From sequence record SRR22947727_2435: DNA of 64,000 nt. One strand, written 5' to 3'. Made by a program: the position numbers and the translations under genes. The notes beneath the pieces were generated by a model. That model made no database searches and was not told the DNA's origin. It saw only the letters and a list, made by a program, of their open reading frames with translations. Positions 40,901 through 50,206 of the stretch are shown piece after piece; position 1 is the first letter of the stretch, and each line of letters opens with the position of its first letter.

Positions 40901-41155
40901 TCAGTCTACGACGCTCAGTACCTGAAAGACCACGGCAGCCACAGCAGTTAACAGAACACTCCCGGTTATCGCCAGGGACAAACGACTCACAAGTCCCTCT
41001 CGGTGATAGGCCACCACCTGCACGATGAAAGCCATCAATAGTGATGCCGCCAGGACTGCGACCATGCTGGCCACACGTCCATCGACGTCGACGACAAAGC
41101 CCACCACCACGACACCCACGGCCGTCACGACCCAGACTGGAACCACATTGCTCAT
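40901..41155 (-). CDS. Hypothetical membrane protein, 84 aa (3 TM)
   Basis: MSNVVPVWVVTAVG...EGLVSRL...; hydrophobic; start ATG 41155. Confidence 0.7.
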   Translation of the reverse strand: MSNVVPVWVVTAVGVVVVGFVVDVDGRVASMVAVLAASLLMAFIVQVVAYHREGLVSRLSLAITGSVLLTAVAAVVFQVLSVVD

Positions 41156-41232
41156 TACATGCGCCACACCACAATCGTAGAGCCCGGTTACACTGGGGTC
41201 AGTAGTCATGACACAGCTTGGAGGTGAGGCCC

Positions 41233-41946
41233 ATGGCCAGCATCCTTGTGTTGAGCTCTGACGAAGGCTCCAGCGTCCTCCCCGCACTGAGTTTGCTCTC
41301 GCACCGCGTGCGCACCATTCCTGCGCAGCCCGCAGCCCTGGTGAATGCGCCTACCGCCGACATTGTGGTGGTCGATGCTCGTCAGGATTTGGCGGGAGCC
41401 AAAGCGTTGTGCCGCATTTTGACCACCACCGGGCTTTCCGCAGCTCTCCTGGTTGCCGTGAATGAGGGAGGAATGCCAGCACTCAACAGTGAGTGGGGCT
41501 TTGACGATGTTGTTCTTTCCAACGCTGGCCCCGGTGAGGTTGATGCCCGCATTCGCCTCCTGACCACCAGGTCAAGCAAAGACTCCGAGGATCAGATGAT
41601 TTCTGCCTCGGGAGTCACTATCGACGAGGTCAGCTATCAGGCCAAAGTCAATGGTCGAGCACTCGATTTAACCTTCAAAGAGTTCGAACTTCTGCGATTC
41701 CTCGCCGGTCACCCGCAGCGCGTGTTCACCCGAGAGCAGCTGCTGAGCGAGGTGTGGGGGTATGACTACTTCGGGGGAACCCGCACCGTGGACGTCCACG
41801 TTCGCCGTCTTCGGGCGAAACTTGGAGACATGGAGTCCCTGATTGGGACCGTGCGAAACGTCGGATATCGCTTCACTGTGGCCGAAGCATCCGACGAGGT
41901 CCGTGAAAAAGAAGAGTCTGAAGCCAGGAAGTCTTCCGAGGCTTAG
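41233..41946 (+). CDS. glnR: GlnR-type orphan OmpR-family regulator
   Basis: [37 protein letters not shown] and [22 protein letters not shown] match actinobacterial GlnR; GGAGGTG RBS. Confidence 0.85.
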   Translation: MASILVLSSDEGSSVLPALSLLSHRVRTIPAQPAALVNAPTADIVVVDARQDLAGAKALCRILTTTGLSAALLVAVNEGGMPALNSEWGFDDVVLSNAGPGEVDARIRLLTTRSSKDSEDQMISASGVTIDEVSYQAKVNGRALDLTFKEFELLRFLAGHPQRVFTREQLLSEVWGYDYFGGTRTVDVHVRRLRAKLGDMESLIGTVRNVGYRFTVAEASDEVREKEESEARKSSEA

Positions 41947-41949
41947 GCA

Positions 41950-41971
41950 CTTTACCCACAGTTCACCTTCG
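41950..41971 (+). promoter_or_regulatory. PHO-box-like direct repeat upstream of ppk1
   Basis: CTTTACCCACA-GTTCACCTTCG (11-nt period), just upstream of the -35 region of a CACAAT -10 box at 41999-42004. Confidence 0.55.
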
Positions 41972-42011
41972 CGATCCCCGTCTAGAGACCATCGGTGACA
42001 CAATGTCACCC

Positions 42012-44198
42012 ATGAACGAGAAGAACCATCCCGCCTATGACGTGAGCCTGGGCGTCAGTGGTGATCTCGCGGATGACTTCGATGATGTGCTGATTCCCCC
42101 GACTGATGATTTACCGATCGACCGGTTTCTCGATCGGGAACTCAGCTGGCTTGCCTTCAACAAGCGTGTACTGGAGTTGGCAGAGGATCCTGACGTTCCC
42201 CTACTGGAGAGAGTCAACTTCCTGGCGATCTTCGCGAGCAACCTGGACGAGTTCTTCATGGTTCGGGTCGCAGGACTGAAGCGACGCATCATGACCGGTA
42301 TTGCGGTCCCTACCAACACCGGTCGCTCACCCCAGCAGGTCCTGGATGACATTTCCGCCATGGCACACGAGCTCCAAGAACGCCACGCGCGAGCTTTTCA
42401 TGACCTCATCAAGCCAGCACTCGATGCTGAGGACATCCACATTGAATCGTGGAGTGACCTGGGCGAAAACGACCGTGAACCCCTCGATGATTTCTTTAGT
42501 GAACAGATCTTCCCTGTTCTCATGCCTCTGGCTGTGGACCCAGCTCACCCGTTCCCCTACATCTCAGGTCTCTCACTGAACTTGTCCGTGCGCATTCGAA
42601 ACCCGAAAACTCAGGCCGTGGAGTTCGCCCGCCTCAAAGTCCCCTCGATCCTCTCCCGCTTCATTCAGCTTCCCGACGATGAATCAGGACGATTACGCTA
42701 CATCGCCATTGAAGACCTTATTTCGAATCACGTCCAAGAGCTTTTCCCGGGGATGGAAGTTCTTGAACACCACGAGTTCCGTGTGACCAGGAACGAAGAT
42801 GTGGAGATCGATGAGGACGAGAGCGAGAACCTCATCCAGGCTCTAGAAAGAGAGTTGCTCCGTCGACGCTTCGGTCCCCCCATTCGACTCGAAATCACCG
42901 ATGACATGGACCCGGTCACTCTGGACTTGTTGATTGGTGAGTTGGGCATCACGGAGAACGAGGTCTACCGCCTCCCCGCCCCCCTCGGTCTCAATGGACT
43001 TTTCGAGATTTCCAGCCTCGATCGCCCTCACCTCAAATACACACCCCACCTTCCCATCACCTCAACCCAGCTACTTCCCTCAGAGCCCACCGACGAGCCA
43101 GACATTTTCCGTTCCATTCGCGCAGGCGATGTGCTGGTTCACCACCCCTATGAGTCCTTTGCCACCAGCGTTCAGGCATTCCTGGAGCAGGCTGCCGCTG
43201 ACCCTCACGTCTTAGCTATCAAGCAGACCCTGTATCGAACTAGCGGTGACAGCCCCATCATCGAGGCCCTGATTCGGGCCGCCGAATCAGGGAAATCCGT
43301 TCTCGCTCTCGTCGAGATCAAAGCCCGCTTCGATGAACAGGCCAATATCTCGTGGGCCAAGAAGCTGGAGAAGTCCGGAGTTCACGTTGTTTATGGGCTG
43401 GTGGGACTGAAGACACATTGCAAGCTCGCGTTAGTGATCCGCCAAGAATCCGATGGGACGCTCGGGCACTACACGCACGTCGGGACTGGAAACTACAACC
43501 CGAAGACCAGCCGTATCTATGAAGACTATGGATACTTCACCGCGGATAAGCAGGTGGGGAAAGAGCTCACCCGGTTGTTCAATGAACTCTCCGGATATGC
43601 GATTGAAAAGAAGTACAAGCGGATGTTGGTCGCACCCCGTTATCTTCGAAACGGGCTTCTGAAGCACATCGCCGACGAAATCAAAAACCACCTGGCAGGC
43701 AAGCCTGCCCGTATTCGTCTCAAACTCAACTCTCTCGTCGACGAAATCGTGATTGATGCGCTCTATCGTGCGAGCAATGCGGGAGTGCCCGTAGAGATCT
43801 GGGTCCGAGGAATCTGCGCACTCGTCCCCGGCCAACCTGGGCTTAGCGACAACATCACGGTGAAGAGCGTGCTCGGTCGATACCTGGAGCACTCCCGAAT
43901 CTTCTGGTTCGAGAACGCGGGGAAACCTACGGTCTATATCGGCAGTGCCGACATGATGCACCGGAACCTCGACCGTCGTATCGAGGCACTTCTGCAGATC
44001 ACAGATCCCACCCACATAGACCAACTAGATCGTCAATTTGCCCGGGGAATGAGCGACACCATGCAGTCCTGGTCCCTCACCCCAGAGGGTGACTGGATCC
44101 GCCACTCCCACGCCGACGATGGCACAACGCTGGGCGATGTCCAAAACGAGACCATGATGGAGATTATGGGAAGGAAACGCGGAGCACCCACCACATGA
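42012..44198 (+). CDS. ppk1: Polyphosphate kinase 1
   Basis: [37 protein letters not shown] and RYLEHSR motifs; start 42012 (leaderless) or 42003. Confidence 0.96.
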   Translation: MNEKNHPAYDVSLGVSGDLADDFDDVLIPPTDDLPIDRFLDRELSWLAFNKRVLELAEDPDVPLLERVNFLAIFASNLDEFFMVRVAGLKRRIMTGIAVPTNTGRSPQQVLDDISAMAHELQERHARAFHDLIKPALDAEDIHIESWSDLGENDREPLDDFFSEQIFPVLMPLAVDPAHPFPYISGLSLNLSVRIRNPKTQAVEFARLKVPSILSRFIQLPDDESGRLRYIAIEDLISNHVQELFPGMEVLEHHEFRVTRNEDVEIDEDESENLIQALERELLRRRFGPPIRLEITDDMDPVTLDLLIGELGITENEVYRLPAPLGLNGLFEISSLDRPHLKYTPHLPITSTQLLPSEPTDEPDIFRSIRAGDVLVHHPYESFATSVQAFLEQAAADPHVLAIKQTLYRTSGDSPIIEALIRAAESGKSVLALVEIKARFDEQANISWAKKLEKSGVHVVYGLVGLKTHCKLALVIRQESDGTLGHYTHVGTGNYNPKTSRIYEDYGYFTADKQVGKELTRLFNELSGYAIEKKYKRMLVAPRYLRNGLLKHIADEIKNHLAGKPARIRLKLNSLVDEIVIDALYRASNAGVPVEIWVRGICALVPGQPGLSDNITVKSVLGRYLEHSRIFWFENAGKPTVYIGSADMMHRNLDRRIEALLQITDPTHIDQLDRQFARGMSDTMQSWSLTPEGDWIRHSHADDGTTLGDVQNETMMEIMGRKRGAPTT

Positions 44199-45142
44199 GT
44201 CGCTCCCCTGAGACTGTCGTCGCTGGTGGAGCTGTCTGCTGGAAAATCGTGGACGGCGAGGTGCGGATACTCCTGGTGCACCGGACCCAGCACAAAGATG
44301 TCTCGCTGCCCAAAGGAAAAGTTGATCCGGGAGAGACAGTCCCAGAGACCGCACAACGCGAAATCCTCGAGGAGACCGGACTCCACATCACCCTCGGTGC
44401 ATACCTCGGGCGAGTCGACTACCTGCTCCCCAGCAAGAAACCCAAAGAGGTTCACTACTGGGCAGCCGAGGTGGACCCTGGCGAGGCGGAGCGAGCCCCG
44501 TTTGAATCCAACGACGAGATTTATGCGCTCGAGTGGGTCTCTCTGAAAAAAGCTCCCAAAAGACTCACCTATGAACACGATGCTGACATCGTCGAGAACT
44601 TCCAGTCACTTTTCGACAGCGGTCGAGCACGGACCTTCCCCCTCATCTTGTTGCGTCACGCAAAAGCAATGCCTGCCGAAAACTGGGATGGCCCCGATCA
44701 CACCAGACCACTTCTCCACAAGGGACTCACCCAAGCGAAGAACGTCGCTGGTGGCGTGATGGCCTTTGCGCCAGAGCTTGTGGTCTCGAGTCCGGCAGCA
44801 CGCTGTCAGGCAACCATCCAGCCTTTACTGGAGCGAGCAGAACTTCGAGTCAAATCCTCCAAGAGCATTAGTCAGGATGCCTATGAGTCCAGCGGAAAGA
44901 AAGCTTTCGCCGCTGTGGAGAAAAGGGTCACTGGACGCATGGCCACCGTCCTCTGCTCTCATGGCCCCGTTCTACCCCAACTTGTCATGGCCGCAGCCGA
45001 GATTGGCCACGGAGGGTCGAGTAAAGCTCTGCAGAAGGCAGCGAGCTTATCCGTGGGGAGCTTCAGTGTCATTCACTTCTCGAAAGACACAAAAAGCCCG
45101 CACATTGTGGCCGTGGAGACCCACGAGCCACCTATCAGCTAA
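44195..45142 (+). CDS. mutT1: NUDIX hydrolase fused to histidine-phosphatase domain (MutT1-like)
   Basis: [10 protein letters not shown]...[10 protein letters not shown] Nudix box, then LLRHAKA and CSHG motifs. Confidence 0.88.
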   Translation: MSRSPETVVAGGAVCWKIVDGEVRILLVHRTQHKDVSLPKGKVDPGETVPETAQREILEETGLHITLGAYLGRVDYLLPSKKPKEVHYWAAEVDPGEAERAPFESNDEIYALEWVSLKKAPKRLTYEHDADIVENFQSLFDSGRARTFPLILLRHAKAMPAENWDGPDHTRPLLHKGLTQAKNVAGGVMAFAPELVVSSPAARCQATIQPLLERAELRVKSSKSISQDAYESSGKKAFAAVEKRVTGRMATVLCSHGPVLPQLVMAAAEIGHGGSSKALQKAASLSVGSFSVIHFSKDTKSPHIVAVETHEPPIS

Positions 45143-45145
45143 AGA

Positions 45146-45223
45146 GCCGGACCGCAGAACGCCTCTCGGCGCGAGGCCGCTCGAAGCGGCTAGTGATGGA
45201 GCCCGGGGTTACTGCGGTCCGGC
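45146..45223 (-). ncRNA. Candidate structured small RNA (~80 nt), family not recognised
   Basis: 12-bp perfect terminal stem, two internal hairpins (UUCGA and GAGA loops), TACACT -10 box 6 nt before the first stem base, UCUUU tail. Confidence 0.65.
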
Positions 45224-45265
45224 ACCCTCAGTGTATCGAGCGTGTCCCTGGAACACCCGAGTCCT

Positions 45266-45898
45266 CTAGGTGAGGGTGCCTTTCCTGGCGCGAGAGGCAC
45301 ACCCTTCAAGCTCCTGGGCAATAACGCTCCAGGTCAAAGAGCGTGAGGTCAGATAGGAGGCCTCCCGGTCATCGGCAAGGGCTAGGGAGATAGCGCCGGC
45401 GGAGACTGCGGTGGCAACTGCAGCGGACCGCTCCAGTGCGTGAGCAATGTCGCCATCAAAAGCGCCCAAAAGAATGTCGTCGAGAACGCCAGAAAAGTCC
45501 TCTGCGCTCAGTGGATCAGGTGCTCCCGCCACAACAGCGTCAATGGTGGGGAGATCATCGACACCTCGTTGAAACAGTTGCGCGGTGTCCTGAGGGTTGT
45601 GATGCGCCACTGCTCGCACCAGATACAAACGCCACAGCGCTCCCGGAAGGCTGAGCGGATGAGCCTTCGACCACAGTTCTGCCAACGTGTCGAGTCCGTG
45701 CTCGTCAGCGAAGCGGACTAAGGCCTCTCGAACCCGCGCGTCGTCGCTGGATTGGCCTCGTGACAAAAGCGCCGTTGCCGTGGCATGGGCAATCGCGGAG
45801 ACATCGGCCGGGTCCATCACCAGTTCTGCAGGATCTGTGATGGCAGCTTCCATGCGACTAGTGCTCATGCGCACTGGTTTGGAGTAGTCACCGCTCAT
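45266..45898 (-). CDS. Conserved actinobacterial hypothetical protein (all-alpha; similar proteins recalled as mislabelled 'RNA polymerase subunit beta')
   Basis: 210 aa with AHATATALL, DEHGLDTLAELWS and SLPGALWRLY blocks; no RpoB motifs. Confidence 0.8.
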   Translation of the reverse strand: MSGDYSKPVRMSTSRMEAAITDPAELVMDPADVSAIAHATATALLSRGQSSDDARVREALVRFADEHGLDTLAELWSKAHPLSLPGALWRLYLVRAVAHHNPQDTAQLFQRGVDDLPTIDAVVAGAPDPLSAEDFSGVLDDILLGAFDGDIAHALERSAAVATAVSAGAISLALADDREASYLTSRSLTWSVIAQELEGCASRARKGTLT

Positions 45899-45963
45899 AA
45901 CCCCTCCACGCTAAACCACTCCCCTTGCGAGGCTGCCTCAGAATCACGCCCTACTCTGTGGAC

Positions 45964-46305
45964 ATGACACCGATTAATCATCACGCCAGGTTTGTTTTCT
46001 TTCTCATTCTCTCCATCCTCGGTTTGATCACCGCGTGGGTATTCAACGGCATTGCCAGCGTGACGGGCCAAAACTATCTGGATGCCTGGTTTGGGTCAGC
46101 AGTCGACTGGGTGCTATCCCTGGACATACTGATTGTCGCGGTTGCGGGGTCCGCGTTCATGATCTTCGAAGCTCGGAAACTTGGCATGAAGAGAGTGTGG
46201 CTTTACATCCTGCTCTCAGGGGTGACCGCCTTCGCGTTCACCTTCCCGCTTTTTCTTGCCATGCGCGAAAGGAAACTTGCGGTTCTCGCGGACTCCACCG
46301 TCTAG
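45964..46305 (+). CDS. DUF2834-like membrane protein
   Basis: EARKLGMKRVWLY and AFTFPLFLAMRER motifs; TACTCT -10 box 6 nt before ATG 45964. Confidence 0.8.
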   Translation: MTPINHHARFVFFLILSILGLITAWVFNGIASVTGQNYLDAWFGSAVDWVLSLDILIVAVAGSAFMIFEARKLGMKRVWLYILLSGVTAFAFTFPLFLAMRERKLAVLADSTV

Positions 46306-47399
46306 ATGTTGCGCGTGACAGTCTCACCGTTTGACTCATAGGCGACAAAGCCGGGAGTTACTCCCCCAGCCGTTGAGCCTGCCCCTGGCGGAAGGAGAAT
46401 AAATGTCTTCCCGGGTGCCAACAGCACTGGCTCATCTTCGCCGTGAGTGAGTTTGATGGGGTCTCCCAACACTGATGCGTCAAAAAGACCGCTCAGAACT
46501 TTCCCTCCAGTGAACACAAAAGCACTTTCGAGAGTCCCAGAAATCTTCGCCGACGGAAGGCCCTCAACATCAAAATAATTCGGGGTGAAAACGACAACGT
46601 TCGTCGCTGAAATTTGGGTCCCATCTGCATCAGAGTCGGGGCTGCCATTGGCAAGGAACTTCAAATATGTACCCGATGCTTCATCCCACTCCCAGCGGGA
46701 ATCAACACCTTTGCTGAAGCCAACCTGAAGGGACTGCGCATCGTCACCCAGTAGTGAAGCAGAGGCTTGTGACGGATCAGTAGAGTACTCGAATTGCTCG
46801 GCAGGAGAGTCGAGGGTGCTGTAGGCGTTCGACAAGTCCAATGCTGAAATGTGGAGATTCCAGGGAGCCGGCTTTCTCGAACTCCGGAAGAAATACTCTC
46901 CGTCTGGAGTTCCACCAGACGTGTCGTGCTCCACAAGCTGAAGGCTGGTCCCGCGGATAATCTCGCGGACGTTGGAATTACCCACTCCCGAGAAGACGAA
47001 CACCCCGCCGAGGGAGCGGACCAAGTCGGCGTCCTGAGGACGCCCCGATCGAACCGGACCAACTTCATCAGGAATAGCGGTGTGGAAAACAGCCAGATAG
47101 CGTGTCACTCCGCCCTCGACCAATTCTTCAAACACCATGTCCGCAGCAGCAATTCCCACCTGGGGACGACCGCTTGCGGTGTTATCGATTTTGATCGCAA
47201 TGCTCGGGCCAGTGACTTCGCTCGAGCCCAACTCAAATCCCGTCAACGGGTGTCGAGGAATAGCGACTTCAACAACCTCTTCCTCCTCGACAATCTCGAT
47301 TACCTCGTCTTCGACCGACTCGGGCTCCGAAGCGCAACCAGAAAGAATGAGAGCAGAGAGGGCGACGCCCGCTACAACGCTGCGAGAGAAAAAGGTCAT
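46302..47399 (-). CDS. DUF3048-family lipoprotein
   Basis: LSGC lipobox; KIDN, RPQVG, EELVEGGVTRY, GPVRSGR and APWNL motifs. Confidence 0.85.
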   Translation of the reverse strand: MTFFSRSVVAGVALSALILSGCASEPESVEDEVIEIVEEEEVVEVAIPRHPLTGFELGSSEVTGPSIAIKIDNTASGRPQVGIAAADMVFEELVEGGVTRYLAVFHTAIPDEVGPVRSGRPQDADLVRSLGGVFVFSGVGNSNVREIIRGTSLQLVEHDTSGGTPDGEYFFRSSRKPAPWNLHISALDLSNAYSTLDSPAEQFEYSTDPSQASASLLGDDAQSLQVGFSKGVDSRWEWDEASGTYLKFLANGSPDSDADGTQISATNVVVFTPNYFDVEGLPSAKISGTLESAFVFTGGKVLSGLFDASVLGDPIKLTHGEDEPVLLAPGKTFILLPPGAGSTAGGVTPGFVAYESNGETVTRNI

Positions 47400-47509
47400 G
47401 GTGTGGTTCCTCGGTGTGTGAAGGCAAAGACACCAAACTCTATTACACGATTGTTGCCTTCCCCATCACGGGGCCACTATCCCAGTTCTGAGAAAGTACA
47501 CTGGTGGGC

Positions 47510-47582
<73 letters not shown>

Positions 47583-47587
47583 CTCAG

Positions 47588-48061
47588 CTAAGTGGCGAGG
47601 TTGAGCTTCTTCCTCAACATCTCCACGTGCCCCGTTGCTTTCACGTTATAGAGGGCGTGCTCTAGCACACCGTTCTCATCAACAACAAAGGTTGAGCGAA
47701 TCACTCCCATAACGGTCTTGCCATACATCGACTTTTCTCCGAACGCACCGTAGGCGTGGTGAACGGCGAGGTCTGCGTCACTGAGCAAAGGAAAATCGAG
47801 TCTCTCCTCGTGGGCAAACTTCTGGAGAGCCTCAAGCTTGTCCTTGGAAATACCCAAAACGACGTATCCCGCTTTCTGGAACACCCCAAGATTGTCCCTA
47901 AAGTCACACGCTTGTGTCGTGCACCCTGGCGTGCTGGCTGCTGGATAGAAATAGATGATGACCTTCGAGCCACGAAAAGCATCCAGAGACACAAGGTTTC
48001 CCTCAGAGTCTTGCAACTGAAAATTCGGAGCTTTTTCTCCTTCGCCTACGCGAGAACCCAT
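47588..48061 (-). CDS. bcp: Thioredoxin-dependent peroxiredoxin (BCP/PrxQ)
   Basis: YFYPAASTPGCTTQACDFRD, FPLLSD and IRSTFV motifs. Confidence 0.95.
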   Translation of the reverse strand: MGSRVGEGEKAPNFQLQDSEGNLVSLDAFRGSKVIIYFYPAASTPGCTTQACDFRDNLGVFQKAGYVVLGISKDKLEALQKFAHEERLDFPLLSDADLAVHHAYGAFGEKSMYGKTVMGVIRSTFVVDENGVLEHALYNVKATGHVEMLRKKLNLAT

Positions 48062-48119
48062 TTTTCTCTTTCCTTAATCGTTAGGTAAGAAACGCACTCT
48101 GGCTCCCATTTTATTGCGA

Positions 48120-49289
48120 ATGGATGTGTACTCGAACAGAGAAACCGAATTCAGCACCATTGGTGGCACGTGGCCTAACATCAAAAGCGTGTCTATCCGC
48201 GCCATTGTAATTTTCTTCAAGAGGCTTCCCGCCAACCTTAGAAGCAATCGGTTGTGGGTTTGGTGGGGCGGCGTTCTTTACATTCGTGCCACTATCCGCG
48301 GATTCTCCAGCAAATCTTGGTCGTTCGAGGAAGCGGGCCTTTCGGACGTCAGTGCCCGACTCTTCCTCAGGCCACTGCTACTCGGAAAAGCCGGGCGTAT
48401 TCCAAGCACCAAAGTAGGTTTGCTGGTCACCGAGCTAGGAATGTTTGGAAACATGTCTCGACGAATGGCAAATGGTCTTTTGTTAGCAGATCGACTGAAC
48501 TTTGGTCATCTCGTTGTTCCAGACAACGTAATTTTCTTCCGAGGTCTGTTTCGGGAGGGCGTACACCAAACTTCGAGCAATCTCAGGGTGTGGTTTGGCA
48601 ACTACCCTCGGCCCGCAACAAATTCGATTAGCGCTCTAGTGACAACCAACCTACTTCGGTCTTTGTCCCTGCCTCAGACCGAGTCGAGAGATATCCAGAA
48701 TGCGGCTTGGGCCAAATTACGCGAGCTACTTGAACCGACAGTGCCAACGGTAGGAAGTGGACCACATGCCCTCACAATTCATGTGAGAGGAGGCGATGTG
48801 TTTGGCGAGAGGAAGCCTCCGAACTACGGTCAACCCCCCCTCTCCTTCTACAAGTTGGTCATCAACTCCAACCGCTGGGAAAATGTTCTTCTAGTCATTC
48901 AGGATCGTAGCAACCCGGTGGTTCAGGGGATAATCGACTACTGCAACGAGAAAAATCTCCCTATCCAAGTCCAAAATGAACATCTGAATGAAGACTTAAC
49001 TAAGTTGCTTGGCGCCCAAAATCTCGTTGCAGGGCGTGGCACTTTCGCCCCCGCGGTGGCCGGGCTGTCACCCCATTGCAAGAAGGTTTTCTTCTTTGAG
49101 GATAAATGCGCGTTGGTGCCATCAAAGCCAAACGTCGAGATGATTCGAATCGTGGACCATAGCGGACAGTATCGGTCTGCGATCCTCAAAAATAATTGGG
49201 AGAATTCCCCGGCCCAACGCGAGATGATGATGACCTACCCGGTGTCATCTTTAGCAATGGAAAGTCTTGGCGAGGAGTCGCCCGGGTAA
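48120..49289 (+). CDS. Low-GC hypothetical protein, putative GT11/alpha-1,2-fucosyltransferase-like
   Basis: GMFGN, IHVRGGDVF (cf. HxRxGD), QPPLSFY and GTF motifs; start uncertain (48114, 48120 or later). Confidence 0.6.
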   Translation: MDVYSNRETEFSTIGGTWPNIKSVSIRAIVIFFKRLPANLRSNRLWVWWGGVLYIRATIRGFSSKSWSFEEAGLSDVSARLFLRPLLLGKAGRIPSTKVGLLVTELGMFGNMSRRMANGLLLADRLNFGHLVVPDNVIFFRGLFREGVHQTSSNLRVWFGNYPRPATNSISALVTTNLLRSLSLPQTESRDIQNAAWAKLRELLEPTVPTVGSGPHALTIHVRGGDVFGERKPPNYGQPPLSFYKLVINSNRWENVLLVIQDRSNPVVQGIIDYCNEKNLPIQVQNEHLNEDLTKLLGAQNLVAGRGTFAPAVAGLSPHCKKVFFFEDKCALVPSKPNVEMIRIVDHSGQYRSAILKNNWENSPAQREMMMTYPVSSLAMESLGEESPG

Positions 49290-49354
49290 GCTAAGCAAGT
49301 TCGTGGAAGCCTCCACCACCGGCACACTCTTATCGAGACCCAGGAGGAGACACC

Positions 49355-50203
49355 ATGACTGCGCGCACTGCCGTCTCCTTCGAGGTCTACCCTCCACGCT
49401 CACCGGACAAGCTTCCAGGCCTTCACGAGTCGATTAGGGCTCTGGACACTGTGGCACCCGAGTTCATCTCCGTCACCTTCGGTGCCGGAGGCTCTTCCAC
49501 CAGGGATTCACTCGATGTGCTGAGCTTTATCAAAGACCACACCGCAGCTAAACCACTGGCCCACCTCACCTGTGTCGGTACTACCCGCGCCGAAGCAGAA
49601 GGATTGATTGCAAGCTTCCTCGACCACGGCATCACCGAGTTCCTGGCCCTCCGAGGAGACCTCCCTGAGGGAGAAACGGAACACCGCGGCGAACTCCATC
49701 ATGCTGTAGATCTCGTGGACCTCATGAAGAACGGGATCCCACAGTCTCAGCCCATTGAGCGCATCGCCGTGGCGGCATTCCCCAATGGACATCCTGAATC
49801 TGGATCACTTGATCAGGACATCGAGACGTTGTTGGCAAAACAAAACGCGGGGGCCACCCTCGCGATCACGCAGCTGTTCTTCTACGTAGAGGACTACGTG
49901 AGGTTTCTCGAGAGAGCTAGTGACGCAGGTGTCACAATCCCCGTCCTCCCCGGCCTCATGCCGATCACCTCTCCCGGCCGTCTGGCCCGCGTGCTGGAGC
50001 TCACCGGTGAGAGAAATCCGCTGGAGCTCGAGCAACAACTCCAATCAACAGAAAACGCTGACGAGCGAGTGTCACTCGGCATTGAGTGGTGTGCGGACAT
50101 GATTCGCGAGCTCGTGGATGCCGGCGCCCCCGGCATCCATCTCTATGCGTTCAACCAGCACGAAACGGTACTCTCAGCCCTAGAGCAGGCAGGGGTCAGA
50201 TAA
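49355..50203 (+). CDS. metF: 5,10-methylenetetrahydrofolate reductase
   Basis: SFEVYPP, SVTFGAGGS, AHLTCV, LALRGD and ITQLFF motifs; GGAGG RBS. Confidence 0.95.
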   Translation: MTARTAVSFEVYPPRSPDKLPGLHESIRALDTVAPEFISVTFGAGGSSTRDSLDVLSFIKDHTAAKPLAHLTCVGTTRAEAEGLIASFLDHGITEFLALRGDLPEGETEHRGELHHAVDLVDLMKNGIPQSQPIERIAVAAFPNGHPESGSLDQDIETLLAKQNAGATLAITQLFFYVEDYVRFLERASDAGVTIPVLPGLMPITSPGRLARVLELTGERNPLELEQQLQSTENADERVSLGIEWCADMIRELVDAGAPGIHLYAFNQHETVLSALEQAGVR

Positions 50204-50206
50204 ACC

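Noticed and set aside
40782-41174. 131-codon N-terminal extension of the 472-aa ygfZ ORF
   Set aside because: Low-complexity Cys/Arg/Gly translation overlapping two better same-strand small genes; YgfZ-like sequence begins near GTG 40781.
45146-45223. SRP (4.5S) RNA, tRNA or 6C identity for the structured element
   Set aside because: No SRP domain IV (CAGG..GGAA..AGCAG) motif, no cloverleaf or anticodon arm, and no paired C6 loops.
45266-45898. RNA polymerase beta subunit call
   Set aside because: Only 210 aa with no RpoB motifs; treated as a hypothetical protein.
49327-49354. CTCTTATCGAGA resembling the 5' end of a SAM-I riboswitch before metF
   Set aside because: Fewer than 30 nt remain before the ATG, with no P2-P4 or GCAAC core; better explained as a CACACT -10 box plus a short leader with RBS.
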